The translations under genes and the position numbers were made by a program. The notes beneath the pieces were generated by a model that searched no databases, was not told where the DNA came from, and saw nothing but the letters and a program-made list of their open reading frames with translations. A DNA stretch of 64,000 nt from Candidatus Spongiisociaceae bacterium (GTDB taxonomy: Bacteria > Actinomycetota > Acidimicrobiia > Spongiisociales > Spongiisociaceae). The DNA lies in the NCBI GenBank assembly GCA_965202665.1, contig OZ241841.1, positions 2,272,001 through 2,336,000 of the forward strand. The letters run 5' to 3'. Of the stretch, positions 63,563 to 64,000 are shown piece after piece (position 1 is the stretch's first letter; the number at the start of each line of letters is the position of its first letter).

Positions 63563-64000
63563 ACGAGTCGCCCGGTTTGCCCGGTTTGGCCGACCTGCTG
63601 GATGTGCAGGCCGTGGATTCGGCGTCCGACAAGTTGCTGGCCGACCGGGAGGGGATGCCCGAGTTGGCCGAACACGCCGCCGCCGCCCAATCCGCCGCCG
63701 AAGCGGCCGCCGCCCGGGACCAGGCGGAAGCCCTCCTGCAAGAAGTGGACGGCGAGACGAAGCGGGTGGATGATGAGTTGCAGTTGGCCGAGCAGACCCT
63801 GAGTGAACGGGAGGACCGTCTGTACGCCGGGGGGATGAGCGCCCGGGAGGCGGACACCATGCGGATAGACGTGGAAAACCTGGGCAAACAGAATTCCGCC
63901 ATGGAGGACGAACTGCTGGAACTGTTGGAGAAGCGGGAGAAGGCGGCCGCCGCCGCGCAGGAAGCGAATCAGGCGGCGGAGGAAACGGAAAAGGTCAAAC
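63559..64000 (+). CDS. Coiled-coil/zinc-ribbon (DUF164-like) protein, 3'-truncated
   Basis: ATG overlapping the Nif3 stop, SD GGAGG; LLDVQAVD...RLYAG...EDELLELLE; usual actinobacterial neighbour of Nif3. Confidence 0.8.
   Translation, partial: MNESPGLPGLADLLDVQAVDSASDKLLADREGMPELAEHAAAAQSAAEAAAARDQAEALLQEVDGETKRVDDELQLAEQTLSEREDRLYAGGMSAREADTMRIDVENLGKQNSAMEDELLELLEKREKAAAAAQEANQAAEETEKVK

Overview
High-GC bacterial chromosomal window with about 60 CDS and two tRNAs (Ile2-CAT, Val-TAC). It is most consistent with an Actinomycetota genome, probably Acidimicrobiia (inferred from actinobacterial-type serC, F420 genes, a CGAAC-N4-GTTCG LexA box, leaderless promoters and plsX next to rpmF). Core content: pyk, cofC, a purine catabolism cluster (8-oxoguanine deaminase plus a three-subunit xanthine dehydrogenase), the yceD-rpmF-plsX-rnc-mutM-smc-ftsY-cdd block, LigC, a form I aerobic CO dehydrogenase (coxMSL, AYRCSFR) with an XdhC-YHS accessory gene, trpB2, pgi-zwf and fabH. 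Accessory or unexplained items: (1) an AT-richer block of three consecutive P-loop ATPase genes at 43.3-46.9 kb, comprising AAA_14/DUF4143, a Walker-A-defective ATPase-wHTH and a translationally coupled intact ATPase, with palindromic operator-like sites and a 179-bp tandem duplication at the junction; this is the best candidate for an undescribed system; (2) a methyltransferase plus PD-(D/E)xK nuclease pair with a non-canonical SDGAY motif; (3) a stand-alone sigma70 region-4 protein lacking the DNA-reading residues; (4) an SDR/MBL/sugar-ABC/ThrC-like/RidA catabolic cluster; (5) a small SLH protein with an Asp/Glu/Tyr/Cys tail flanked by direct repeats; (6) a ~72-nt periodic hairpin repeat upstream of tRNA-Ile2. 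No integrase, transposase, cas gene or true CRISPR array was found. All family assignments come from motif recognition by eye, not database searches.
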